A DNA stretch of 63,998 bases, filler included, from Choristocarpus tenellus KU-1152 (Eukaryota > Protista > Phaeophyceae): NCBI GenBank assembly GCA_964200185.2. It is 12 parts of 12 records of this genome, joined end to end, with 100 filler letters (N's around TTAATTAATTAA, not from the genome) between each part and the next. Parts side by side here need not be neighbours in the genome. Positions count along the whole stretch, not along the records: positions 1 to 5,816 come from CAXNAD020009684.1; positions 5,917 to 14,564 come from CAXNAD020004483.1; 10 more parts are not named here. One strand, given 5' to 3'. The translations under genes and the position numbers were made by a program. Below are positions 1-11,911 of this stretch, piece by piece (positions within the stretch are counted from its first letter, which is position 1; each line of letters begins with the position of its first letter). The notes beneath the pieces were generated by a model. The model did not search any database and had not been told where the DNA came from. It saw only the letters and a list, made by a program, of their open reading frames with translations.

Positions 1-3000
1 CCACTCCCAGCCCCCCATTGACAAACTACTCAGTGCCGCCCCTGAGTCCACTCCAGAGCCTACCCCAGATCTGGCCACAGAGTCAGGGACTGAAAAGTTC
101 CTCTGCCGGTCAGGTATGGGAAGAAATGTCGTCCTCTCAGAGCTAGAGTTCACAAATGAGGCTCTTCCTGCCCCCTCTGTCTGCCCCCCGGGCCCCACAG
201 AGTCTTGGACAGGAATCCCTATAACCTCAGCCACTGCCAAGGACTGCTGGGGGGGGGTGGCTCCAACCAAAGCAACTGGGGGTTGTTGGGCTGTGTCAGA
301 GCCACCATTGGTCCTCCTCCTGTTTGACCTTGATGGGGTTTTGTGTCTTACGTCATTTGCAGGGTATGATTCTTGTTTTTTCTTTGAAGGAGTCAGTGTA
401 CGAGACCAGTGGAAAAATATATATAAAAATGTGTTGTACGTATGTAAACCACAACAAGGGACTGAAGGAGGATGGTGCAGTCGACAAAGTAACCCTAACC
501 CAAGCCCCAACTAATCCCCCCAAGTGTATTTTTCACTGATGAAGGCGAGGGTCAATTCCCCAAACAAACAAAAAAAACAAAAGTATCAAGACTACACTGT
601 CAGTAGTTGAGTTTCCACAATTAAAAAAAAAATCTGATCATTCCACGTGTCCAATCCTAACTCCATTTGTCTGATTATTGTACACCAACTCTCAAGGAGG
701 GTTAAACTGTATTAGACTATCACCTTGCAGAGAGCAAAGAATCAAGGCCACTCAACTAAACCACTAAACCCTAACCCTTCAGCTATCAATACAGCGTACA
801 TTGCTACACTTAGTTGGCAGACAAGCACATCAACAGACTTTTGAAAAAATCAATTTGATGCTAACCCTAACCCTAACCCCGACACATCACACAAGGTAAT
901 CAATCAAGAGGCCATCAGCACACAAATATATAAAAAGTAAAATAAAATAATACATAATAATTCAAAATATAAAAAATAAAATGATACTGGTACTCTCTAC
1001 CCGGACTCCCCACCCAAATAATAAACAAAAACACCTACGGCTCGATTAGAATATTTCTAACTCAACCTTAAAGCAGCAACAAACACAAATAGAATAATAC
1101 AATTTGAAATATATATATATATATATATATAACTGAATGCACCAATCCATACCATTATTATGGACTATCACAATTTACCATTGGTGTTGACATTCTTCAG
1201 TCAGTCTGGGGACTACCCCGACCGACCCTAGACCTCACACACACAACCCTAACCCTAACCCTCAAAAACAACAACAAATAGACACCTACCTGTGCTTACG
1301 TCCTCCCATCAGAAAAAAAAAATCGATAATCCAAACCTACTGATTCAATCCACAACCCCGTTCACTAAAAACCCTAACCCTAACCCTAACCCCAACCCAA
1401 AACACGCCTGCCTGCTCACAACACAAAACGAGTTTCGAGAACTACAACGTAAAGCAAAAACCCACTCCAAAAACATCCAACAACTTAACATGGCAGACGC
1501 CAGCCCTAACAATACAAAACCCACATTCGATTCAAACTCAACACCCTCAACATGGCAGACGCCAACCCTAAAAATACAAAACCCACATTCGATTCAAACT
1601 CAACAAGCACCCTCGGACCCCCATACCACCAACAGCTCCCACTCCAACAGAATTAGCCCTGCAAGACCTCACCCTCTATCACAGGGAGTAGCTACCACCT
1701 CCCCTCGAGACCCAACCACCAACGATGCCGAAATGATATTTGATTGAGGCATGCTCTCATGACTGGCAACACCAATGCTGCCACCATCAGCACCCCTCGG
1801 CCTTGCTGGGATAGCTGTCACAGGAACAGCATCAGAACCAGAAGAAGCCAGTCCATCGTCAATCAAAACGCCTTCTGCAACTGCCATAGCCTGCCCCGTC
1901 GCCAACATCGCCTAAAAAACAGAAGGGTCATCCAGGAGAGTCCAGGAGAGTCCGGTGGCGGGGTTGGGGAAGGGGAAGGGGAAGGGGAAGTCGATACTTT
2001 AAAATGCACAAAGTGTGTGGAGAATGCATGCAAAAAAAAATGAGAAAAAAATGGTTTCGACTATTTTTATATATATATATATATATACTCCCTCTGTGCC
2101 ATAACCCTAACCCTTTAAGCACGTACCCCTTCGGGATGATCTCCGATTTTTTTTTTTAAATGGAATTTTGTGTTGGATTCCTCGGAACAGTTTTACGTAA
2201 GAGGAGAGCTATATTTGAAAAAATATACCCCGAAATTTTTCTGAAAATATGGAATATAGTTTGCGTGGGCATAGGCGCCCGCCCACAAGAGCACTGAATT
2301 GTTGTATTGACTATTAATTATATTTTATTATTAACTGACTGAAAATGAAAACAGGCATTGCAATGAAGAAAAAAAACGTCAAGGAATCCAACACAAAAAC
2401 CATTTGTTTTTTTTATTAAAATCGGAGGTCATCCCGAAGAGTTACATGATTAAAGGGTTAGGGTTAGGGTTAGGGGACAGAGGGTATATTTATTTACGTA
2501 GATCAAGTCAGATATGGCAACCACTAAACACCTACTAAACACCTACACACAATTGAAGTAGGTGCTACGAGGAGTCAATTAAAAAACTCAGAACACAAAT
2601 CAGTCACATATACATGTCTGAGAAAAACGCCACCACCATTGTGAAAACACTAATGATTTCTCGACAACCACACTACTACTACCATGGTTCCAGAAATTTC
2701 CCCTCAATGAAACAGTAAAAGCAATTCCACATGTACCGTTTGTAATCTATTTTGGTAGTTACACCTTACCGTCGACTAGAAGAAAAAAAAAGTTTTATAA
2801 ACATTGACAAGAAGAGGTATATGACTAACTGGTGCACAATCTGACAAAAACATTGACAAGAAGAGGTATATGACTAACTGGTGCACAATCTGACCACGCC
2901 GTATGCGTGTGTACCATTGAATCACCCTACTGTCTTTGATCTTTGATCTTTGATCTTTCAAAGACGTATTGTACCACCTGACTAAAAATAATAAGTGTCA

Positions 3001-5816
3001 ACACCTTGAAGTGTACCCTATATTTATTTTTATTTTCAGGCCGTTGATAGTGTAGCTATGTAGGGTATCAATAGTGCGCACCTAACCCTCCCATCCTACC
3101 TACTTACAACTCCATCAAGAACAATAAATGAGACTGGAACACCAGAAGGACTGGAGTCTAGTACTTGTACTAGTATTATTACCACACACTGCCTACTACT
3201 TCTATGCATGCCTTCCAACTATTACAGTAATATCTCATACAATAACACAATAAATTTTTTATATGCCTGAAAATTAGAAACAGACACACAGAGAATATTT
3301 TCTCAGGGTAGATACACCTAGTAGATTCATATTTTGATTCTTGATTTGACATCAGAGAGGAAGCACCCACCTGGGGTGGGGGTATAGGTATACTGTTCAC
3401 CTATGGACTTGACCAGTCGTGAAAACATGCTGACTTCTTTTTTCACAGCTTTGCTCAATAATACTCTTCAGAACAACAAAAAATGTCAAACCGATAATCT
3501 TGAAAAAAGAAAAATAATCTATGTTTGAAAAAAAAAAAACTCAAATGTTTTCATATTTTTTTCCAAATAAAAAAAAATTGAAAATCTTAAATTTGAAAAC
3601 AACCTCTCTTATACGAAAACCAGGATACCTCCGTGCAGGTACTTCCTCCCTCAAATCAAGAATCAAGAATCAAGAATCAAGAATCGCCCCACAAATCAGC
3701 CATGCATCCATCCGACAATAAAAACACCCTGCAAATACAAATTCACACTTTAGGGGGGGTCTATCCTTGGAGCACGCACAAAAGACAACAAAAAGCACAC
3801 ACGTGAAACACATCAAACGTACGTATCTGACACCCTGACTCTAAAATCAAGTGAGTTTTATCTTATCTACCCCACGGCGTATTGTTCTGCTTCACAAAGA
3901 AAATTCTCACAACCTGACTCTTAAATCAAGCGAGTTTTTATCTACTCCACAACGTAATGTTCTGCCTGACAAGCAAGAAAATCCTCACACCCTAACTCTA
4001 AAAACAAGAGAGTCGCGCGCATCAAACCCCACGACGTAATGTTCTGCTTCACAAAGAAAATTCTCACTTCCTCTTCAGAGAGGGGGGTCTCACTTTCAAC
4101 CATGTCGATGCATCGCAGTTGAAGTGAGAATTGTTCTCTCCCTGAAATACTCAGGAACAGTCTTGCTATCAAATACTGAGTTACCACAGTAAACCACCGG
4201 TGAGTTCAGCCACTAAGTCGCCCCATGAGTGGTACGATGACCACTAGACACTTCGAGAATCTGCATGGAACGCGCACAGAACGTTCTAAAAATCGATCGG
4301 CACGTTGCTTGCGGGGGGGGGGGAACTCGGTACAGACCATGTGGGTACAGACAGAGAGTAATTTTGTTTAGTGCAGCGATGAAGACGTTTGAAGAATCGT
4401 AATCAATTTAACCTTTGTACTCAATTTAGTTACCAGGGTTACTAATAGTTAATAAACACTACTCACTCGGTTCTAAAGGGACTCAAAGAAAGGCAGAACG
4501 GTTGGCATAAATCCATACAGCCAGGGTCAGGTGAGGTATACCCTTTTTTGTCTCGTACTGATGTGATAGTTCACACACATCGGGTCCGTTCCGGAGGACA
4601 AACTGAGGCAACAAAGCAAAGCACCTCTTGAGTTGTGCTACTGTAGGGTATACCTCAGGACTACTAGGGGAGAGGCTAAAATAGTCACTTCCCGAAAGAC
4701 GTTTTCGCATTCATCAACACACCTTGCACACAGCTCTAGCCTCATGGAGTAAGCTCCTTAAACCGAGCAAATGCAGTATTCATCTTAAAATGATGATCAC
4801 TGTTGTTGTTGTTGTTATTATTATTATTATTATTATTATTTGCATTGTACCATCAGATTGACCGGTGAGAAAGGTGGGGGGAACACAGTGGAAAGAGCAT
4901 CAACAACATGCCTTATCAATCTATAAGAAATGTACAGCTTTTGTTGGACACCCTAATCAAAACAATAGTAGTAGGGTTAACCCTAACCCTGCCCCTAACC
5001 CTACTAAAACATTAGCAGTAGGGTTGACCCTAACCCTGTCCCTAACCCTACCAAAAGCAGTAGTAGTAGCCATCAGAGCAAGGGCGGTCCAAAACAAGAT
5101 CCCACAGAAAACAAAAGTGAAATTATACTTCAAGATGTACACTGCAAGACTCAAAAATCTGAGATAAATTGTTTATAAATCAAATAAGTACTACCTGTGC
5201 ATTTCGTGTCAAGAGGGGTAGGAGCAGCATGTAACAAGTTTCCAAAGAAGTAATTCTCTCATGGGGGAGGCAGGCGGGTTGAACACCTCTACGAAATAGT
5301 TTTTCTCCAAGAGGTTTATTTAGCAACAGCCATGGTCAACGTTCTCGTTGGTCTACTGTGCCTACGAATAATTCATCAGAAAGGGAAAAAAAGTTTTTAA
5401 AAAAAACAAGGAAGGGGTTATTTCTTCCAAAAATTAAACAAGAGTTCTTCTGACATGATAACAAAAAGAACAGTAGAACAATAGGCTTACTCAAGAAATA
5501 TCTCAAGATTACTTTTTCCCAACCTTAGACAAAACAAAAAAAAGTGGTCATAATATACATTCCAGGGAAATCCAAGCAACAACCAACCCCTAACCCTTCA
5601 AAAAGAAAAATCAAACTGAGAAAAGGTCAGAATACATTGTGTCACAATCCCTCTTCTGCTCACCTCTGCTTGGACTAGGGCTGGTTCAGAGTTCCCAATA
5701 GTAGAGGCATTTTGCTGTTCCGCCTCACGCTCCCCATCCCCCCCCCCCCCCCCCCCCCCCTTTCCCCCGAAGGATTCCTTTGGACATTGTGAGCACCCCC
5801 CCCGCCCCCACCCTGA
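1..5816 (-). CDS. Partial multi-exon gene of unknown function. Candidate exons: 5664-5816, ~4542-4640, 3371-3400, 2770-2775, 1673-1911, 1-~381
   Basis: Open minus-strand segments with splice-like ends. Best case is gttttttag|GCGATG...GATAGAGG|gtgag (1911-1673, AMLATGQAMAVAEG...PCDR). Also ...ALVQAE|gtgag at 5664 and an open G/S-rich frame running off base 1. The full exon chain was not resolved. Confidence 0.55.
1486..1612. repeat. Tandem duplication, ~62-bp unit x2
   Basis: acatggcagacgcca(g/a)ccctaa(c/a)aatacaaaacccacattcgattcaaactcaaca occurs twice. Confidence 0.9.
2088..2484. mobile_element. Stowaway/Tc1-mariner-like MITE with ~100-bp imperfect TIRs containing telomeric repeats
   Basis: Left end TA|CTCCCTCTGTgccataaccctaaccctttaagcacgtaccccttcgggatgatctccgatttt...ttttgtgttggattcct matches the reverse complement of the right end aggaatccaacacaaaa...aaaatcggaggtcatcccgaagagttacatgattaaagggttagggttagggttaggggACAGAGGG|TA. 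Inserted at a (TA)n tract. Confidence 0.75.
2799..2894. repeat. Perfect tandem duplication, 49-bp unit x2
   Basis: acattgacaagaagaggtatatgactaactggtgcacaatctgac is repeated. Confidence 0.95.
3832..4067. repeat. Degenerate tandem repeat, ~78-bp unit x3
   Basis: Recurrent cct(g/a)actct(a/t)aaa..aag...ccac..cgta(a/t)tgttctgc.t.acaa...gaaaat(t/c)ctcac. Confidence 0.85.
4967..5068. repeat. Two tandem copies of a head-to-head telomeric unit (TAGGGTT/ACCCTAA)
   Basis: agtagggttaaccctaaccctgcccctaaccctact and agtagggttgaccctaaccctgtccctaaccctacc. Confidence 0.85.
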
Positions 5817-5916
5817 NNNNNNNNNNNNNNNNNNNNNNNNNNNNNNNNNNNNNNNNNNNNTTAATTAATTAANNNNNNNNNNNNNNNNNNNNNNNNNNNN
5901 NNNNNNNNNNNNNNNN
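5817..5916. other. Artificial contig linker (44N-TTAATTAATTAA-44N). Also at 14565, 17852, 23569, 27379, 30839, 39492, 43639, 52719, 56890 and 61290
   Basis: The identical 100-nt spacer, with stop codons in all six frames, occurs 11 times. Confidence 0.99.
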
Positions 5917-5965
5917 ATAAAAAAATAAAAACGAAGAGGAGGGGGAAGGTGGGGGCTGCGTGGGG

Positions 5966-5999
<34 letters not shown>

Positions 6000-6559
6000 A
6001 TACACAGGGTGTTCATTCGGGCCCTGACCAGGAGAAGTGCACTTATATTTTTCATCCGACACATGCAACCAAATTCACCCAAACATCGTGACGTGGAAAA
6101 ATGGGTCCCACATGGACTGTCGCCACTCCCTCCCTCAAGATACCTTAAGCCACAGTTGCATCTTTACTTTTACAAAGGATTACTCTGGGGTGAGGCCATT
6201 TCAATACTATAATAAATAGGGTGAATACCATGATGCTTCGAACAAACTACTAATTGCTCCGACGATCTGAGGGCATTTTACTCACCAACATTGCTCCAGG
6301 ACAGCACTATAGGACTCTAAATCGAAGTATTTTAGCATAATATTGCAATGGGGACGAATGAAGGTCACTATTTTTGATTACTTAACAAAGTTGACAGTTA
6401 TATGGATTGTTTGTGGGCTCTGCCAACGTTTCCAGTCTGTAGACCTGTACCAAGCTCTGATCGCTTGCTGGAGTTTGAATTGATGTGATTACCTGGGCCA
6501 ATAAAATACTTCACTGCATAAGTGTCTAATTTGGAACTAAAACAGTTTTCACCCACACT

Positions 6560-9500
6560 GTTTTGCAGTTTCTCAGAGAAGGGGAAGGCACTGGAACAGG
6601 CACGTCTTGGTCGTTTGGCATTTGCCAGCTTGTCCGCGGTTAACAGGAGGTGAGGGAGAGGATCTGCATTGATGGTTGTTTAACCAGATTTATGTGGGTG
6701 TCGTCAGATATCACCCCCCTGCGCAATATTATATGGTGCTTGCAAAATGCGTGAGCTGGAGTATGTGTGGGACGGACATAAACCAGTGACCAGACATCAC
6801 CATAGTCTATGGAGATGGCTATTGGTTTTTCGTGAGACGCATGAACTGTGCTAGTCCAATAGAGACTGTGACCGTTGGATAGGGTGATGATGGACTAAGA
6901 GATACGAATCATTGTACGGTAATTATTGGTGTAAGTACAATTCAAAACCTTATTGTTTCCGTTTTTGGGAGGGGTGTAGAAACAACAGCTCATCTGACCC
7001 TTTTTTGTATGGACAGCCTTTGTTTTTCAAGTCTCCCAGATGACTTGATGATTGCGGTGTGCTGGCTACTGGATGTTGCGGGAAGGGGCAGAGAAACCCT
7101 ACATGACACGAGAAAGGGTGCACAATTCGTACTGTCACTTGGACTGGTATTGTGTAGATGTAATGAGCCCTTGTAAAAAAGAGTATTTATCACTTGCTCT
7201 AGGAAGAATGGTGTTCAAGGAGGGCATAATCGAAAAGAGAAGGATTTTTTTTTTCAAGTTACTCTCCCAAGCCTCCGACCTGGAGAGGTACAGTACCCCT
7301 CCAAGTTTGCCTTCTTGATTCAGAGTTGATCGTTCTACACTTGCATTCAAGCAGCATACTATGAGCAAGATCCTTCTCTATTTGACATAAGAGGATTTCG
7401 TTACAACTCTAGAGTAAGAGCAAGTAAGGGCCCTCAAGTTCGAATTGTATGTTCTAGGTAGTGTCAGTAGCCATCCAACTTTTCTATAACTAAAGTTGTA
7501 ATATTTGAAAAGAAGTCCGTGTAAGTCACTGACACAAATATTTATTCTCCTAGATTGGATGAGGAACTGTGTATGATCTTCCCCTTTATTCAAGTTGTGC
7601 ACCAATGTGAACACCCTGAAGGTGAACATAGTGCTTGATCACCACCAAGCACATCCTTTTGGTGTGTTCTCGTTACTCCTGAAGCTCTTTATTGCCCTCC
7701 ATGGTTTCACTGCCCCTCACTCAGGTATTACTTCTCCAGTTCATACAAAATGGTGTGTGAAATGTTGGAGGCCAATCTTCTTCAACGATTCTTGGGCTGC
7801 AAGGAATTTGTACGTGTCCGTGCGCAACGAGAGGTTTTAGCTACCTTGATGAATTCTCCTGAAGTCAACGACTAGGGATATATTGCTACTAGATCTGTCT
7901 CCCACCCTTCAAAATTTAGTTGAAGACAAGAAGTGGGTTCCAGGTTGTATCACGCGACATTTGCAATCAAATGTTGTTATACACAGTGGATACCCTGCCA
8001 TACACTATTTAATTTATGCCTTAGAATATGTTTTTCCTTGTATTGAGCGTATGTATCTCATGAATGTACGTCCCGAATTGTTTGTATAAATGGTCACAGG
8101 CCTGGGCATGTTGTTTGTATGATCAGATCATTGCCTCGGGTTGGTCATTCTGATATGATGTCTTTTCTGGTATTCCTCAGTTCCAGGTGTATGGTTTTTG
8201 TGGTTTGCAGGGTGTTGTGATAATGTCTGCCGTAATATATCCTCCAATGTTAGCACATCACTGACTGCAATTCTTGACCTTTATTACAACAATGTGTGTA
8301 TTTATTGTGATGTTGGGGTGCTGAATATAACTGGTTCTAGTCTGTAGGCTACTTTCTCAGGTTTAAGGAGATAATAATCACGAAATTCCTGGGTACAGGA
8401 AGGTTGCCCAGGTGTAACAGCAAGTTGTATTCACTGCATAAACTGTAGAGTTCGATTAATGAGTTTGTATAGAGGGGTTCTTGGACTGGTTAACAACTCA
8501 ACTACTCCCCTTTGTCGGGAGAGTGGACTTTACTTTCAAGCCTGAGCGTTAAGTGCAAACCAACGCATGGTAACAGTAGTACAATTTTTGCAATGTTTAC
8601 ACCAGAGAGGTACCATTAACCTTTACCTCACAATTAATAATTTGCTCAAAATATTTATACTGGTATTTACCTGGGAAACACAACTCTTTCTCTTCGTTCT
8701 CTCTCTTTCTTTGTTCCATCCAGTTCCTACTGTGCATCTTCTTTGCACTGAAGAGTACTGCTTTTATTGTGAAGGACACCGCCTATCCTCTTTGCCATGA
8801 CGTGCGGGTGCTATTGTGCCCCCTGGATTACTTGTTTACCCATTATTTGCCCCTTGCCATTGGTTACTCGTGCCAACACAAGACCCAACACCTCTCGAAG
8901 TAATTAGCGTAAATAGTCAACCGTCAACTGATTTTAGCGTACATATGACTTTTCTGGGCTGCCCTGGAATGGTATGGAATGGTATTGTCGGTTGTACCCG
9001 TTTCCTCATAGGGTTGTGGTCCTCTTTAAAAAATGCCATATTTAGAATATATTATTCATTCGTGCATATTTTGCCCCCAAGATCTCAGGAGTTCAATGTA
9101 CGTCACCCACTACAAGCAGTATTTAACACCATTCAGACTACGAAGTTGGTGAGTAGGGATAACAACCTAAGCCGGATACAACTTTTGCAGTACCTCTTCG
9201 AACAATTTAATTGTTGTGAGTGTGACAGACTATAACATTCGCAAAAAAAATCAACACTACAAAGTTTTTGGAGGTATTGGTTGGAATGGCGATGGTGCGG
9301 AACACTCTAGTAAACAAGGTTACTTCAATCACGAAGGGATGAGGTCGTATAGCAGACATGGGTGTCGATACGTCATAGCAAGAGTGTTCGCCTATCAGAT
9401 TGTATCGACTACCGTGTGGAAGGCCTCTTCTTTTGTTTGGGCTGGTGGAATGTTTGCGTTTGACGGGTTGTTGCATTGACATGTTGAACAGGACCAACTC

Positions 9501-9600
9501 TTCAGAAGGAACCTGATGGCAACCATCCCCCATTCTGATTCGCCTTACGGGAAGATAACATTTTGGCATGCATAGAATACACACTTTTATAGATAGGTAG
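6560..9600 (-). mobile_element. Highly degraded Ty1/copia relic (integrase, RT, RNase H order)
   Basis: Frameshifted remnants: IEVTLFTRVFRTIAIPT and ...SLNGV (integrase-like, ~9330-9120); WRAIKSFRSNENTPKGCAWW (like RT LKKSLYGLK, ~7700); GGVLYLS (~7290); RLSIQKRVR*AVVST and TADKLANA (RNase H-like, ~7010-6620). Confidence 0.45.
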
Positions 9601-10045
9601 TACCTTTATTTTTTGAGATTTTTTGAGAGTGGAACTGTCGTCACCATTATTGTTCATGATTGTTTTAAATGAGAAGAATTCAGAAGAAGAAATCATTTCA
9701 AAACAGGTTATACTTTTTGTAGATTTCAAATATTCCTCATTCGCTTCTCAAATATTAAGAGCACAACTCTAGGGAAAGAATAGTATTAATAGTGGATTTT
9801 TAATAGATACAGCGTGGATTATATTAATATTTTTTGGACCAGTATCCCTCATCATGGAGTTTTTTTTTCCGACACCATGCCTAAAACTTTGAGAGAGCAT
9901 AATAATATAAACTATTATTTCCTCTTTTTCCAGATAGGTCAGGGAAAAGCCAATTCAATATCATAAGGACCTCTGTAAAAGCAACAGTTTTCGCAAGAAA
10001 ATGTATGTGGAATCTCCGCATGGATTTAGTCTTCCATCAAGGCCA

Positions 10046-10420
10046 CTTGCGGACGTTGGAACAGCCCGTTACCGAGACAAAGGCCTTCTGCTAGATGTTA
10101 CGTTTGCAGGCAACCTCTCATCTTACACATCCATCCACCAGCAGTAGTGTAGCTGCTGCTGCAGCTGAGGCGCGAAAGCGCACCCACTACGAGGGCTATT
10201 TTGATCCTCGTAGTTATGACCTCAACACCTTCGCGGTGAAAGGTTTTGGGCGCCTCGGGAAGCAAGCAAAAAGTTTCCTGGATGAGCTGGCTACACACAT
10301 GATGGGGGGGAGAGGAACTAGAGGATATAGCAGGAAATGAGCGGTCAAATCCCGTCTACACCAAATAGTCTCAGTAACAACGCAAGTGGCACTGTCTAGA
10401 CATGTCATGCGCGTAAGCTG
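10046..10420 (+). mobile_element. 5'-truncated non-LTR retrotransposon, C-terminal restriction-like endonuclease domain (CRE-clade-like)
   Basis: DKGLLLDVT...AAAAAEARKRTHY...FAVKGFGRLGKQAKSFLDELA...RLHQIVSVTTQVALSR fits the DVT...AE..K..KY...A.ETFG..G..A..FL..LA...Q.lSv.lQ pattern. One frameshift and one stop. Confidence 0.75.
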
Positions 10421-10566
10421 AAGTCACCAGGGAGATGAGCGCGGAGGGGTTAATTGGATTCTTGGGATGCCTCCCTAGCTCCTCACCGTGAGGCACAGGA
10501 ATAGGTAGATTGGGGGCACAGGAAGACAGTGGTATAACAAATATATTGAATAACAAATAGATCAAT

Positions 10567-10737
10567 GTTTCTCACATTTGTGATATTTTATTTCCTTAGG
10601 GCTTATACTGACATGTGTATAGTTTTCATTGGTTTTCTCCCTGACAAATCTCCAAAATGTCAGGGGGGAAACAAAAGAAAACTATACATGTCAGTATAAG
10701 TACTAAATAAATAAAATATAATACATGTGAAAAACAC
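10567..10737. repeat. Near-complete foldback palindrome (hairpin MITE-like)
   Basis: tgtttctcacat...cttatactgacatgtgtatagttttc...ccctgaca / tgtcaggg...gaaaactatacatgtcagtataag...atgtgaaaaaca, with a ~11-nt loop. Confidence 0.85.
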
Positions 10738-11050
10738 TATTACACACTATAAATGTGAAAACACTAAATCTATTTGTTACTTCATCAAATTATTATGTAT
10801 GTGGAGAAGAAGAGTTGTTTGTTGTCATACCGTTATCGTCGTCTGACACATACCGACATTCTGTTTGGGATTATTTTCTGAGAACTTCATTTCAACTACA
10901 GGTGATTTTCGGAAGAACAGGTTTATGTGACTTCCCTTAACGACTCTTCTTGACCTGCTTGTTTTCCGAAGGCGGATCTCCTATCTCTAAGGGGTTTCTT
11001 TCTAACCCTATCTGAACCGTGATCCACCTCACTTTCTCAGTCCTTGTCCT

Positions 11051-11160
11051 CTTGTACAACCTTAACCCCGCCCTCTCGGTCACGTTTCGTCTTGGTTCCT
11101 CTGGTTCGTTTTGGCGTGGTGATTCTCTTCACCCTTTTCCCTGAGTGAACCACACCCCCA
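11051..11160 (+). repeat. Dispersed repeat, possibly an LTR 3' part; second copy at 59157-59270
   Basis: ttgt.caaccttaacc...ctcggtcacg.tt.gtc.t.gtt...ggtgattctcttc.cc....cctgagtgaaccac.cc.cca is shared between two contigs. Confidence 0.7.
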
Positions 11161-11276
11161 TATATATGTTTACCAGTATAATTAAGTGGTATGTGAGACA
11201 CTTCCAACTGGTTGAGAATAAAATGATTTAACTCGTTAGTGCACATATTCCATGCATTCAATTTTTTTCAGAATTT

Positions 11277-11455
11277 GACTCAAAGTATCTGGGGGTGGTG
11301 GTAGCTGTCCATTTGGGGTCAATTTTTTCATGTCGCAATTTTTTGGTGATTTAGTTGCATATTATGTCCGATGGATAATGGAAACACACTTTTCCTGATT
11401 TTGACCCAAATGGACACCCCTGGCGTAGACCCTCCCCCCCCAGATAGTTTGGGTC
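11277..11455 (+). mobile_element. MITE family A, full ~180-bp copy
   Basis: TIRs GACTCAAAGTATCTGGGGG...CCCCCAGATAGTTTGGGTC, flanked by ATTT on both sides. Confidence 0.85.
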
Positions 11456-11911
11456 ATTTTCAGAATTGAGAAATATACTGTGGTCTATGTAGGAACTCTG
11501 TCACGTTGTAAACGAGGTGAAGAGTGGAAATCATTCGTCTACGAACTCCTGCGTCATATGTAGAGTGTAATCTTCAATATGAGCGGTATAAGATACGAAG
11601 ATATGAGTACGCGTTTGTACATACATAATTATTATTATGCCCTCGGACATTTTGTAGATGTGCCAGGGAAAAAGCCAATCGAAAATCGTAAGAACCCCTA
11701 CAAAAGTAAGAGTTGTCGTAAATGTTAGAGATATCTCTCTAAATCTACTTCTGTTTACTATATGACTACCAGCTATACTGCACCACTCCCCTGCAAAGCC
11801 TTCAACCTAGTTTAACCCTACACCACAGGGCGAAGAGCTAGGAAAATTTTGTAAATATGTACTTCATTTCTTGTATCTGCAACAAAAAACACCACAAAGA
11901 AAACAAGAAAA

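Noticed and set aside
1292-1747. 151-aa ORF with NPNPNP, and similar GLGLGL/LTLTL ORFs
   Set aside because: These are translations of telomeric repeats and C/A-rich intron sequence, antisense to a better-supported exon.
5817-5916. Recurrent TTAATTAATTAA between N runs as a biological repeat or array
   Set aside because: It is a fixed 100-nt concatenation linker with six-frame stops. Adjacency across linkers carries no meaning.
5738-5998. Long poly-C/poly-G tracts (also 17985, 39624, 43563, 56999, 61219) as poly-Pro/poly-Gly ORFs or G-quadruplex elements
   Set aside because: They cluster at contig ends, where homopolymer length is unreliable and may be a sequencing or assembly artefact.
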